DNA from: Pecten maximus
Lineage: Eukaryota
Direction of reading: 5' to 3'
NCBI RefSeq assembly: GCF_902652985.1
Contig: NC_047015.1
Span: forward strand, 32,860,001 to 32,924,000
DNA: 64,000 nt
Positions within the stretch are counted from its first letter, which is position 1. The number at the start of each line of letters is the position of its first letter. Position numbers and translations under genes: made by a program. A model generated the notes under the pieces. That model was not told where the DNA came from and ran no database searches. It saw only the letters and a list, made by a program, of their open reading frames with translations. Of the stretch, positions 1 through 13,296 are shown piece by piece.

Positions 1-2
1 AT

Positions 3-533
3 GTTAAACATATTTTAGATAGCGTTGGACTAAGTTTTGTCTGGATACAACAGAGAAATTGTGTACCTGATATTAAATATCTACAGTCAATTATTACTCA
101 AAACTTACAAGACCAATTTATACAAACATGAATCAATCAATTAGAAAACACGTCGAGAGGACAAACATACTCTATATTTAAATATCAGTTTGGCTTTGAA
201 GATTATCTTCTGCGACTAAATGTAAAAGATAGGAAAACTATATGTAAATTTAGAACGTCAAATATCAAACTTCCGGTTGAAACCGGAAGATGGACTGGAA
301 TCCAGCGACAAGATAGAGTATGTCCACTTTGTAACGCTGGTACTGGAGATGAGTTCCATTTTTTATTTGTGTGTAACAACCATAATGTACTCCAGTTGCG
401 TAGTAAATATATCCCAAATTACTACTGCAGAAATCCTAATTACTTTAAAATGAAAGGAATGTTCTCAATCTTTTATAAGAAATTGTATATGAATGTCAGT
501 TTATTTATCCAAAAACTAGTCGAGTTATTATAA
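3..533 (+). mobile_element. 3' end of non-LTR retrotransposon (LINE) ORF2, pseudogenised; C-terminal CCHC zinc-knuckle region (clade uncertain, RTE-X-like)
   Basis: Frame 3 reads VKHILDSVGLSFVW...LQDQFIQT*INQL...YSIFKYQFGFEDYL...KFRTSNIKLPVETGRW...RVCPLCNAGTGDEFHFLFVC...LL* (C-x2-C-x8-H-x4-C). There is an in-frame TGA at 129-131 where Trp is expected, and the natural stop is TAA 531-533. A 3'UTR-like stretch follows, with AATAAA near 727-732. The ORF track misses this frame. Confidence 0.85.
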
Positions 534-741
534 CACACCTTTATCATCCAGCATTGTGATTATGCAGTATGTAAGCTTTATTATATTAATAATTATATTT
601 ATGAAAGGTTAAAATGTATTTTCCCACATTTCCTCTTCAAATTATATTATATTTTGCCTGTCATGCATCCATTCTGTTGAAAATGTCTGACCTCTTGTTA
701 TACACTATTATGTGTGTCTGAGTGAAAATAAAATCTTGTAA

Positions 742-843
742 ACAAACCGACACGGGTAGGGAGCGTAGTACCACACACTTCGGATCTTTATCTGAGGTAC
801 ACAAACCGACACGGGTAGGGAACGTAGTACCACACACTTCGGA
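742..843. repeat. Two 43-bp direct repeats (742-784, 801-843), one mismatch
   Basis: ACAAACCGACACGGGTAGGGA[G/A]CGTAGTACCACACACTTCGGA occurs twice, 59 bp apart, immediately after the LINE 3' end. Confidence 0.9.
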
Positions 844-2570
844 AGATTATATACCGCAGCCTCCCAAAACACACATTCTATAGTTTTTTCATTTCCATTC
901 TCCAATAACACATGATATTTATTTCTTTGTTTGCTGGAGGTATTACCCAGCCGACCAGAACAGGATGGTCCGTCATTTTAGCTCTCTTAGGAACACAAGA
1001 TGTCCCGAGGGGGAGGCGATGGACACCCTTGGCGTAGCATTAGTCCGATGTTCTACTGGCATATTTATCGCGACCCTTGCGTTATTTCTACAGCACCAGA
1101 ACTCTTATGATAACTATTTTTATATTAGGAAAAATATGCTACTTCTTAACTCCCCTACGCAATTGATTATTCCCCAGGGTTCAAACCCAAGCTTTACTTT
1201 TACGGCATACAAAACCACGTAAAAACCTGCTGATTCGAAATAAATAAATAGATACATTGTGACGGTTTTAAAACCTATTGGCAAGCCTATGAGATCGTGC
1301 TTAAATAAGAGGGACTCGGTTTTCTTCTATTCTTACACGTTAACGGCTACTTATGCACATTCAATTAAGATAGTAAATTAAACATGTATCTAATTTGCGT
1401 CTCATTTGAACGCCTGTAGAAAAATAGACAAAACAACTTAACCGAAAAAACATATTCGTACCGAGAAATCTCACGCGCTACCCACTAATTTATATTTGTT
1501 CTTGTTTCATTCTATCTGCTGGACAACTTGTTAAGTCACGTATCTACCCATTACGCACAAAAGAAGTAATTTGGAAATGATAATTGACTATATGTCTAAT
1601 GGCTCCTTTGTCAGAGAACTATTGTGAGGATGTGAAATCGATCGGATTAGATTTTGATTTTCATGGTTGGTGTCGTCAATTAAGTTAAGGACGCTTCACT
1701 TCCGGAACATCTTGTCTTATTCTCCTTGTATATGTATAGGTTCTCCATGCAAAGCAATAATTTGTTCGTATTTTTGTCCCGTTTACCGATTTTGAGTTAG
1801 AGTTCTTGTTTCGTTTGAATGTATGTATTACCTGTTGTCTTTTTATCACAATAGATTGTGACCGGAAGTAGGCATCACAATATTGGTATTAAGTATGTGT
1901 ATGTTGTGTCATATAACGTAAAGGTATATTTGATAAATTCTTCACTGAAGACAGCAGAGAACGGTGAAACAAAAACAATGGTAGTCACAAATAATCCATT
2001 ATATTCTATATAATATATGGTAGGTAGGTGTCGGAATTCAATAACCGTTATCGGTATCTTAAAACATCCAATGTACAACAATAAAACAGCCGGTTGGAGA
2101 TAATTAAACTACACTGTCAACATGTCAGTAGGGTGCCTCAATAACACACAAACCCCGTGGACAATTTGTAGGCTTGAAGGTAGTTCTACAGGACTAACAA
2201 GTTTACAGAATATCGAAAATAGCCTTATCGGATTTTTATTCGAAACAAATGAAATAAGTTTACTGCAGGTGTTGTTTCTAATTCCTGTAATATAAGTTAA
2301 TGTGATTCATGACATATTAAGTGGAGGGCTACCATTCTATCATAGAGATATCCTATATCAATAAGAGGATTCAGTTACTGTTATGTACATTATGTTAACT
2401 ACGGAGCCTACCAAAATGTTTCCTCTTATCCTTCTTAACCTTATGTATAGTCCTGAACTATCCAACCAAAGTGAAGTACGGTACAATCCCCAACTCAATG
2501 GATAGTCTTGAGCTTTTCAGCTTAAGTGTATCCAAACTAAGCTTTTATGCTGAATCCTCAAGCCAATGTT

Positions 2571-3012
2571 ATGTGATGGTATAATCTCTAAACCTATGTG
2601 ATAGTGCTGGTATAATCTCTAAACCTATGTGATGGTGCTGGTATAATCTCTAAACCTATGTGGTAGTGCTGGTGTAATCTCTAAACATATGTGATAATGC
2701 TGGTATAATCTCTAAACCTATGTGATAGTGCTGGTATAATCTCTAAACCTATGTGATGGTGCTGGTATAATCTCTAAACCTATGTGATAGTGCTGGTATA
2801 ATCTCTAAACCTATGTGATAGTGCTGGTATAATCTCTTAACCTATGTGATGGTGCTGGTATAATCTCTAAACCTATGTGGTAGTGCTGGTGTAATCTCTA
2901 AACATATGTGGTAGTGCTGGTATAATCTCTAAGCCTATGTGATAGTGCTGGTATAATCTCTTAACATATGTGATAGTGCTGGTATAATCTCTAAACATAT
3001 GTGATAGTGCTG
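2571..3012. repeat. Minisatellite, 31-bp unit, ~14 copies
   Basis: Unit TGCTGGTATAATCTCTAAACCTATGTGATAG. Confidence 0.97.
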
Positions 3013-4118
3013 AACTTTACAACCAAGACAAAACCTGTGAATTATAAATCATTCGTAATAGATCTGAAACTTCCATCTTGACTTTAATCTCAAACCTATA
3101 ATGCCACATAATAATGTACATTGCAATTAAATACACCACCACGTAAAACAAGTTAAAAGAAGTTTCTTCTTTGCTTGCTTTCCGATTGAATCTTCTTTTA
3201 TATCTAATTGTTTTCATCAGTGGAACGCTTAAAACTCTGTCTGTTGCTTACCCTCGGCAAAACTTGTGCAGCCTAAACGATTGTCTGTCTGCGGTGACGC
3301 ACGTGGGACATGTAATACACTGTCATCACGCATGCTTCCGGTGTCGTGACACAAGCCAATGTCATTAACCCAGATTTCATTACGACAATCACATTCTCAA
3401 GTTAATTCTATCAGATATCTGATAACTTGTAATTTTAGTAATATCTTGATACGGAACAAAAATCTATCACCAGTCATATTGTCAGCGTGGAAGTGATATA
3501 TATCTTCCGAAACTAATTATTTGTCACTTCTAAAATATGCAAGTTTTTTTTATTATTATATAAATACGATTGTCGGATAATATCTAATAGGATAGCAGAA
3601 GTTATTTGATGACGTTTTCTTTGTGTACAGTCTGGGTTGTAGTCACATTAATATATGCCAGTCTGTCAGGAGCTGCTTCAACAGGCTACTGTAAGATCTG
3701 AAGTGCATATGAACGTCAGTTACCTCAAGAATATTGCTGTAATACAGCCACGAGCATTATTGTAATACATCATAAAAACATGAAAAATGAGTTTGTCGTC
3801 ACCACAATTCCCTGATACAATAACTGATGTTTCAATGTAGCGTTCATGAAGCTTGTATGCTGAGGGACGCTGGAAATTCTTATCGCTTCAATGCTGTTGA
3901 CCTCTTCCGGTGATCAAGTGATGACGTCATCGGACAACATGATTTGACTAAAATATCAAACTACATTGAGAGCTTTTGAAAATCATATAGATAAATGTTT
4001 TAAGGTCCAGCGCAATTAAAACAAGCGGTTGATCACGTTATTACAAGAACAACGCGATCCAATCGCATTACAGTGAGTGTTATATTCACGAATTAAAAAT
4101 AATGGGGTCAATACCACT

Positions 4119-4146
4119 AACTTGAACTTGAACTTGAACTTGAACT
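4119..4146. repeat. (AACTTG)n microsatellite, ~4.7 copies
   Basis: aacttgaacttgaacttgaacttgaact. Confidence 0.9.
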
Positions 4147-4242
4147 AACACCAGGGTTCAACCACAGGAAAACCGGTTCATTGGAGCCCAAAATACGAAT
4201 ATCACAAATCAATTGAGTTCAAAACAACAGAAAACTGGAGGT

Positions 4243-5310
4243 CACCGTCCAGGGTTCAACCTATCAATACCATCTCACCGTCCAGGATTCAACCTATCAA
4301 TACCATCTCACCGTCCAGGATTCAACCTATCAATACCAGCTAACCGTCCAGGGTTCAACCTATCAATACCAACTCACAGGGTTCAAATCCAGTTGTACAA
4401 ACTTCCATAGTACAGCTCACCGGGTTTTAACCTCCATAGAACAGCTCACGGGAGTTCTATCTAAAAAGTACAGCTAACGGGGGTTCAATCTCAATAGTAC
4501 AGCTCACGGGGGCTCAACCCTAATAGTACAGCTCACGGGGGTTCAACCTCAATAGTACAGCTCACGGGGGCTCAACCCTAATAGTACAGCTCACGGGGGC
4601 TCAACCCTAATAGTACAGCTCACGGGGGTTCAACCTCAATAGAACAGCTCACGGGGGCTCAACCCTAATAGTACAGCTCACGGGGGCTCAACCCTAATAG
4701 TACAGCTCACGGGGGTTCAACCTCAATAGTACAGCTCACGGGGGTTCAACCTCAATAGAACAGCTCACAGGGGTTCAATCTCAATAGTACAGCTCATGGG
4801 GGCTCAACCCTAATAGTACAGCTCACGGGGCTTCAGCCTCAATAGTACAGCTCACGGGGCTTCAGCCTCAATAGTACAGCTCACAGGGGTTCAATCTCAA
4901 TAGAACAGCTCACGGGGGCTCAACCCTAATAGAACAGCTCACGGGGGCTCAACCCTAATAGTACAGCTCACGGGGCTTCAGCCTCAATAGTACAGCTCAG
5001 GGGGGTTCAATCTCAATAGAACAGCTCACGGGGGTTCAACCCTAATACTACAGCTCACGGGGCTTCAGCCTCAATAGTACAGCTCATGGGGGCTCAACCC
5101 TAATACTACAGCTCACGGGGCTTCAGCCTCAATAGTACAGCTCAGGGGGGTTCAATCTCAATAGAACACCTCACGGGGACTCAACCTCAATAGTACAGCT
5201 CACGGGGGCTTAACCCTAATAGTACAGCTCACAGGGGTTCAATCTCAATAGAACAGCTCCACAGGGTTCAACCTCAATGGTACAGCTCATCGGAGTTAAA
5301 CCTCAATTAT
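4243..5310. repeat. Compound minisatellite: 33-bp unit (~4 copies, 4243-4386) grading into a related 29-bp unit (~30 copies, ~4405-5310)
   Basis: 33-mer CCGTCCAGGGTTCAACCTATCAATACCATCTCA; 29-mer AATAGTACAGCTCACGGGGGTTCAACCTC. Both share GGGTTCAACCT...CAATA...CTCAC. Confidence 0.95.
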
Positions 5311-6244
5311 ACCAGCTTACCGGTAAACCGGTAATACCTGTACACGAGGTTTCAATTAGTAAATTTGTTTGTTTGTTGGATAAAACCAATGACAGAAAAA
5401 AATGACTGTTACAGTTGTCTAGAGATTTATTATAATGTCAGCAATCACGCCTGTTAGTCTGAACGCCAATACATTCGGTGACAACTTCAGATTCGTTTGC
5501 AGTCATAAATATATCAAGTTTTATTCTCTAATTGTAAAGTTCAATCCAACCTAACGACATTCGTAGAGACTCGTCGATAAAACACAAAGCATGCGATTAT
5601 CCCATTGTTTTGGAACTGGATCCGTTACTGACGGTGTTATATTCGCCACTAAATTGCTGTGGTTTTGATTTGGTTTCCTATCATAATGGGTCAAAACAAA
5701 AGTCACCTTGTAGCCATGCAAGTTGATAAAAGATTCTTTTACAGTAAAGATTGACTAGCTGCACCAGATTTGAAGCATATACTGTTTCTATCATAGAAAG
5801 CCGGGACAGGAAGCTTGCGAAATGCTTCCAGCTTTTAGAACCGGATGAAAACAAATGGAAAACAGAAATTGCGTGGGATTACAACACCTGATTGTATGGC
5901 TCATATTTCACACGCACGTGTGGTAATAAATGATCTTTCGTGAACGTTTGATAAAACATGTCGTTCAGGAGCTTTATTTTCTAGTCATTCCCATGTACTT
6001 ATTAGCAAATGTTTAAATGTCTGATAGGGGAAATCTGTTCTAGGACGAGCGGTTTTGTTTGCGTAATGTCTTATTTGGGAGTTTTTATCTGAATGTGTCA
6101 GAACATTTTATAATTCTTGTGTTCAAATCCGTTTATGGTTCGTACCAAAGTATTAAAAAAGAGCTGTTATACCATTTATAGTTGCATTTAAAAATGGCCA
6201 GCTTTTATCGGGCATGTACGGCACGCAAATCATGATGTAAGCTT

Positions 6245-6548
6245 ACAACCAGGTAAATTGAACAGGAGGAAATATAGCCTCATGTATGCATACAGCCAGG
6301 TAAAACAGGTAATATATATCATCCTGTATGCCTACAGCCAGGTAAAACAGATGATATATAGCATCCTGTATGCATAACGCCAAGTAAAACAGGTCAAATA
6401 TAGTATCCTGTATGCATATATATACAGACAGATAAAAAATGTGATATATAGCATCATGTCTGCATAAAGCCAGGTAAAAAATGTGATATATAGCATATTT
6501 GTAAGCATACAGCCAGGTAAAACAGGTGATATATAGCATCCTGTATGC
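6245..6548. repeat. Minisatellite, 42-bp unit, ~7 diverged copies
   Basis: Unit CAGCCAGGTAAAACAGGTGATATATAGCATCCTGTATGCATA (copies start at 6293, 6335...). Confidence 0.93.
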
Positions 6549-9399
6549 CGCATTTCAGAAGTACGGTTGATCGTTTTACCTTTCCATAAAGAAACGACAG
6601 TTAAATTAACACAAAAACCAGCTACATGTATGACGAGTTCGATTGCATTTTTTTCTCAATGGAATTTACAAATGACTCACAAGTGGACAGCTCTTTTCAA
6701 TAACAATTTAGTGATAGATACATATATAATGGATACTGAAAACAGCATCATACAATTCTTAGTCATTCTAGGACACGTTGTCAATGCCATGGTGTGGGGC
6801 CAAAAGTGAGGAAATCCAGAAAATTTTCCTGATTTTCTTGTCCATAGAATCCTACTTTCGATCAGAGAAACAGTGTCATAAATCATGACGTCATACTTCG
6901 ATTCCGTCCTCGTGTCTGGTTCATAGTCTAGGCATCCATACCTGCACATCACTTTCAGTTTTCCTCTCTACCACACCACGGCCGGATAGAGCTGTGAAAA
7001 AGTCAGAATTGCTTTGAGTTAAGTGACATTTTATTGAGTAAAATGGATAGCACAATGCTGCAATGTCCCTCGGCACTGTTGTTAGACGGCGACGCACGTG
7101 CAAGTTGTGAACTAACACACTACCAAACGTATTCAAATGTCTACCCTTGGCAAGGTGTCTCCAATGCAGCGTCGCATGGATGTAATATATGTTCATTGTT
7201 CTTCTTCGCATCCGCGTAAAACAAACATTCTGAATAGGAGTTTATGGTTAAGGAAGACATAATATAAATATGTGGGCCTATCATCAAAATGTATTCCGAC
7301 TAGGAAAATTAAGTGGCACAGGGTGAAACAGACAACCTAAGCGTGCGTATCATCATGATGGTTCTTTATTCTCTCATTACCGGAGACGCACAAATTACAA
7401 ACGAAAAACCCCTTCCAAGACATGAATCTGGTGAAACAGCCGTCAAATGAATGTCAGAAAAGCCAAGGACCCCGGAGGAGGTTTCCTTTGCTACGGCTCA
7501 CGGCTTACTGCGACGTGCACAGTTATTGTAAAAGGTTTTAGTAAACTTTCACTCACTTTCGCAGAACATAAAGCAAAAAAATGTAATTATGATCATTAGT
7601 TTCCAATCATATTGCTCGTGTACTTTTTCTTACGCTTTACAGAAATACAATTATTTATTCCAGCCATTGTCCGGTCTAAATCCGCAAACCTCGGTTAAAT
7701 CTGGCGTAGACTAATCACAGAGTCAGCCGAATTGTGACGACTATATTTGTCCTTTCAGCCAGACCATTGTCCCCATAAACAGCATACAACCTCTCGTATC
7801 ATTATCGCAAACAAAAACAAAAACTGTAATTGGTTTGGCGGATTCAGCTCCTTATGAAGGATATTTCCAGCAGTCAATGTTTCCGGGGTTAAGTGTTGGA
7901 GACGGTCCATGCTCACCGTCCGTCTCAGAAGGCACAGTCTATGGCATAGCCAAGTTTTGAAAACAATCCGTCAAGAAGACATGCAATGCGGGTTTTTTTC
8001 TGTGTCGTGTGGTCTGAACAATGAAGATTTTTAATCACTAAGATTGGTTTTGGTTTTCAAAGCACGTGTTGAATTTAGCACGTACGATGGTGGTGTCGGG
8101 ATACTAGACGACAGTTGTACAGGACAGCGCCGTTGTAAATGAACATTCTCCTTAAGATACGATTTCAAGTACTCGTCCAGTTCTAAAGACACATATCTCC
8201 ACCCACTCAACACTACTGCTGAAACATATTGTCTATTACGAATCATGTATGGTTATTTGAGAATTGAACCAATTCAAGGTTACGCCTCCTACAACTAGGA
8301 AAATAAATTCCTTTGTCAAAATAATTCACCGATGCAATTAAATTTGAAATTGATTTTCAAATTATTTAAATCAAACTTGTCATGTTAATTACTATTCTGT
8401 ATTTTTAACAAATTACCACACTCCAAAGCAAACCCAGAAAAACCCTGACATTTGAAGTTCGGAGTTTCGTGGAGGAATGCCATTCTGTCTGGCAGAAACC
8501 CTAGGTTTGTCTCTGCTGTTATTGTTGTATGTTATTCAAGCAATAAAAACCTACTTTTATTGGACATTGGTTGCCGCACTCTTGAACACGTGCAGTCAAT
8601 ACTGATGACCCCATTTAACCCTAATGACATGGCCGATGATATGATGACCTCAATGTGTGCTGTTTTATCATTCGCCCGGATGTGAATCAGAACTAGTAGC
8701 TTTTTTTCTGTAGATGGCGCTGTAAACAATCACCAGTCGTGTCGATCTAGAATTGCTATTTTTGAAAGGCTAAGTTCATTACTCTCCAGACAACACTGCA
8801 GATTAGGTTAAAGGTACATTCTCTGTCATCGATTGAACAGTGTAAAAGCGAAAAATAGTCAAGTATCTCCTTTCTCTCATTACTGCAGGTTGTGCACGAA
8901 TATTGTAAGAGCAACACCACAAGTAATGTTATGTTCACTGTACTACAAAGGTTGGGACAAAGCCACAGCCTCAGTTAGATATATCAAACGTTTTCACCAT
9001 TGTATGTAGATGGGCCTTGATAATTGAACTTGTTGTTCTCCTTTGCATGGTACGTAAGAAGCGACTAAATCTAGTAAGCTATTATTATCTCACCTTGTGT
9101 TTCTAACATTTGTTCCTTCCTAGTGTATCCATTGATACTGTCTCGCCAATCTCGGTCCCTGAGTGAATCGAGCGTGTGCCCCTGTTAGAAAGGTTACACA
9201 TGATCTGTTCCCATAGCTTGGTGTACCAAATTCATTACACTGGCACTCGATGCTAGTATGTAAAATATACCGGCGACATTACATTTGAGTGAAATGACAC
9301 TATAAAATAGTTCGTAAGTTAGTTTGTTTCATTCGAGTAGCCACCGTCCTTACTGGTCTGAATGTGTGATATGATTTAACCAGAAGGAACAGAAAGAGG

Positions 9400-9519
9400 A
9401 TACATGGTCAGTGTCTTAAAATATAAGCTGTATTTTGGCGAGGACTAGGAAGGCCACTGGCATTTTGTCTTTCTGTTCCGAGCAAAACATAATATACCTT
9501 TAAGACACTGACTATGTAT
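9400..9519. mobile_element. Short MITE-like element with ~20-27 bp terminal inverted repeats
   Basis: ATACATGGTCAGTGTCTTAAAATATA ... TATACCTTTAAGACACTGACTATGTAT; the arms are near-perfect reverse complements around a ~65-bp core. Confidence 0.6.
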
Positions 9520-12500
9520 TTAAGTCTGAAATTTCAACAAAGTTCCTGGTCTGAACATTGTTTCCTTTCCATCGTCTTCAGGCGCATGGGTATATTCGAT
9601 CAGCTGTTGAAGCGAAGCTAGGTGAGGTAACGTGTGCCTTAAAGTAAAATCAACTACATTTTCCGCAAAAAAATATAGTTTATAGTTTCCAACATTTTCA
9701 GCTTACCCTATGAATCCTTTATTTTATTGAAATAAACTTGACAAAAAGAAAAATCATAACAATCATTTCAACGTTTTGTTCATTTACGGCATGTGTGATG
9801 TGGAAATGTTTACGTTATATGATGTCCAAAGGTCAAAGTGCGGGTCAATCAGAAAGTAGTTGCGTTGAATTCATGCACATCCTTAAATACAGCTGTCTTC
9901 TGTCGAATACAGCAAAAACACATGTGGTAAATGTATTCCAAAAATGGCAACGCCAGTTGCACGATAAACTGCGTAAGTAATCGGTATCAGAATGCTAACT
10001 TTATGTGCAATGCTTTTTTGGGAACCTAAGTACATATTCAAAGAGTAACCGAACGCCGTCAAATGTATACATATTTAGACTATTTGATTAAATATAATCT
10101 TTTCGGGGTGGCATTGTTCCATCCGCTGAGGTGAAACAAAGAGTAAAGCATCCCTATTTTGACAGATTACAAAATACGTTTGAAATGCACAGCATGTAGA
10201 ATAAAGCATTGTTCGTCGTTTAGTCGTCAGTGATTTTCCTGTCAAGTCCCGGGTTGTGTTATATAACTCGCACACGCTGTTATGGAAGTAGTTTGTTTTA
10301 ATGATAAAATGCATTGTCTTCAATCGGATCAATTTCCTTGGAAAACAAGATTGACAAATTTATTTTAGAGCCATACTTTTCTTCACAAATTCTTTCTGAT
10401 ACAGTCTACGTTTGAAGGATTCATATTGCACTGTATTTGTTCTTATATCCTCTATCCTCATATGCAAAAACGTCGTTTACAGCACACGTTACACGGTTAT
10501 AGAGAGGAGCGCGGGGGTGGGGGGGGGGGGGGGGGTTATAAACAAGTTATAGCGATATAATTCGTGGTAGATAACACGGAGATAGAAAGTTAAGAACTCG
10601 ATATACTTTCTATTCAGCCACCATCACACTGTATATTTCACAACTATAATGTATTCTATTATAAACCTTTATTGTGAAGTGTTGGCGCGGATGGAATAGC
10701 TAAGTACCACAAATCTGTACATTTGAAATGTTAACGAATGATCTATAGTGGTTTCCATCGGAACAGGAATAGCTAACATTTAACGGTGCTTCCATTTATA
10801 GTAAGTGTCCAATGTAAACATTAACTTTATATAATTAGTAAGCTAACAGAATAATGGCATATTCTTTACATTTCCTGATACGTTGTATTGGCCAAACTTC
10901 ATTCGAGGAAATAAATCTATTAGGACCAATGGCAAAGCAGTCAGTCTAATTTATCTTCAATTATACCACGTGATACCACCGCTAAGTAGGGTGATAGATG
11001 GTCAATCGATACAATACGTAACATTTTAAATCACTATCATCTGATATAATACATTCTAATGTACAAATTCACTCAACATACTAAGGTGAGAAAGCTAGAT
11101 AATCTCCGCGTACTGTAACGATATTTTATAGATAGGGTATGACGAACCGTTTGTTTACATTGACCCATCCTCAAGGTTCAAAGCAACCACTGAATGTAGA
11201 CGAGACATTGATGTGCATGTGCGCCAATGGCGTCACCATTCACACGGTATCACCTGACACTGATGAAGTCAGCACTATTTATAGTACTATAAGCGAACAC
11301 GTCCTAATAAGGACCGAGACAGCTTTAGTATTACAGGAAATGGCCGTCGCCGCGTATAATGTAAACAAATATAATACACATCGGCACACACATTTAGTGT
11401 CTACATTGGCCTTTGTACAGTGTTGCTATATTTGACATTTAATGGCAACCAAGACAATTCTATATCGCGATTCATGAAATAGATTTAATTGTTGTTTTCG
11501 TTGAAATGCCAACACGAGTTATGAGTTCATTTACCTTTTTTATTTTATCTATTTATTTACTTATTCTTTAATTATTTTTGTTCGATATCCCAATCGCACG
11601 TGCAAATATATGGGTATTGAGGTCACTTGGATTCTCCCAAATTAAGACAACATGCGCGTTTTCACCAAGGCAAAGAAAAGTGATACTGTAGGCGTACTCA
11701 TAAAGCGGTAAACTTGTTTTGGATGTTTTCGAGCTGGACGCTTGGCGCTAAATTATGACTACATAAATTAACACATTCTATACACTGTTTCTATTGCTAA
11801 TCATACTAGTGTGCTAATTCACCATTGCGCTATCTGTTAAAATATGGCGCCAAAAGGAGGGGTGCCAATATGGACCTTTCTGTTGCCCCGCAGTATCTTA
11901 AGGTCATCTGCATTTGACATCTTATTTGAAACATCACATTTTTGTCGGCTCAAAGACATTTTGAGTGTCAAAAGTCAAAGGGTGAAAATTGAAATTGAAA
12001 TAATAAAATATTTTATAAAAATATCATGTGTATATATGTGTTAGCATGTTGGCAAAAGTATTGACAAAAGAAGGCCAAATTAATTATAAGGGGATCAGCA
12101 ACTTTGATAAGTTCAGATCAGGATCCCCAAACAGTGATAAAAAGTGTTGTTATTATGTGGCTGATCAAAGTTTTCAGTAGTAACTTTAAAAATATTTGAC
12201 ATCAAAGTAAACCAGATGCTTAACTAGGTCAATGTGACCTGTTTTGTTTTATTTTGTTAGTTTTCAGCAGAAAAAGAGCATCACCCCGATCTCATTGTGA
12301 TTGTATATTATATATATAATGTAATGTATATATATATGTGTATGAAATTTGTTTCATTAATCGTGGTAAACGTTTAATTTCAAAACTCCCAAGTGTGTTT
12401 ATGCCACACCCGTGTATCCGATCTAATTACCCACCATAGCAATCCTAGAAGCAAATTCCACAATACGTTCGAACTGTCCAAACAAGTAGAATAACAGTGT

Positions 12501-13296
12501 CATTTGATTAAAAATTCATGGTTCGATCCAGAAATAGAAAGAAAGATACGTGGGGAAGCATCATCGTAGCGGTGTGGAATAGTTTACAATTGGATGGCGA
12601 CCACCAGGGGTAGAGTATGGAAGCCCAGGCGTGCCGTCCTATATTAACGTGGGAGCTATTAAGTACGACGTTAAAAATATCTCCCAGGACTTATGTTACA
12701 CTAGCGGTTTTAAATTATCGCTGTAGATAGTATAGGTCGACATATAACGCGTTTCCGGTATTTACAGGCCTGTTTAAAGCCCCTGTTTATTACACAGACG
12801 CGCTTCGTCCTAATCGAGGCCACCACAGTACCGAAAGAAGAAGACCGAAAGTGGTTTCATGGGAGATTTTTTTAAACATTCGATAGATAAATAAATGGTT
12901 TTCTTTCGCGTAGGAATTGATTAGAAAGCTGAGATTGCTCCGTTCTTTAACAAACTGTATGTCGATAAACACGGTTATTTCCTCTAATTCGACATAGGAC
13001 GTGTCGTCACGTGACAAAGTAGATGACAGATATCGGGTCTATAGGGACCGTTCCGATATCGCGTGTTGGCACCTCATTTAAATTACGTGGAATCCTGGCA
13101 ACAACTGATACAGCCAAGGTCGACTTTTCTTCTACGTATCTAACAGATTCTCCTGAAACTAACGTTTAAATAGATTAATACAACAAAACACAAAAAGAAG
13201 ACCGCCTACCACAGTCGGGAATCAGATAATTGCATTGTCTTTTTAAAACTAAAGATACATTTGTCCTATGCATCTCTAAGAAACATTGTCGAAGGC

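Noticed and set aside
1946-1972. Other hammerhead-like cores (CTGAAGA...GAAA here; CTGATGA near 36593)
   Set aside because: Stem II does not close in the first, and GAAA is absent in the second.
9040-12680. Possible SINE remnants (CGTAAGAAGCGACTAAAT near 9052; B-box GGTTCGATCC near 12520)
   Set aside because: Only isolated motifs are recognisable; boundaries and family cannot be supported without a repeat-library search.
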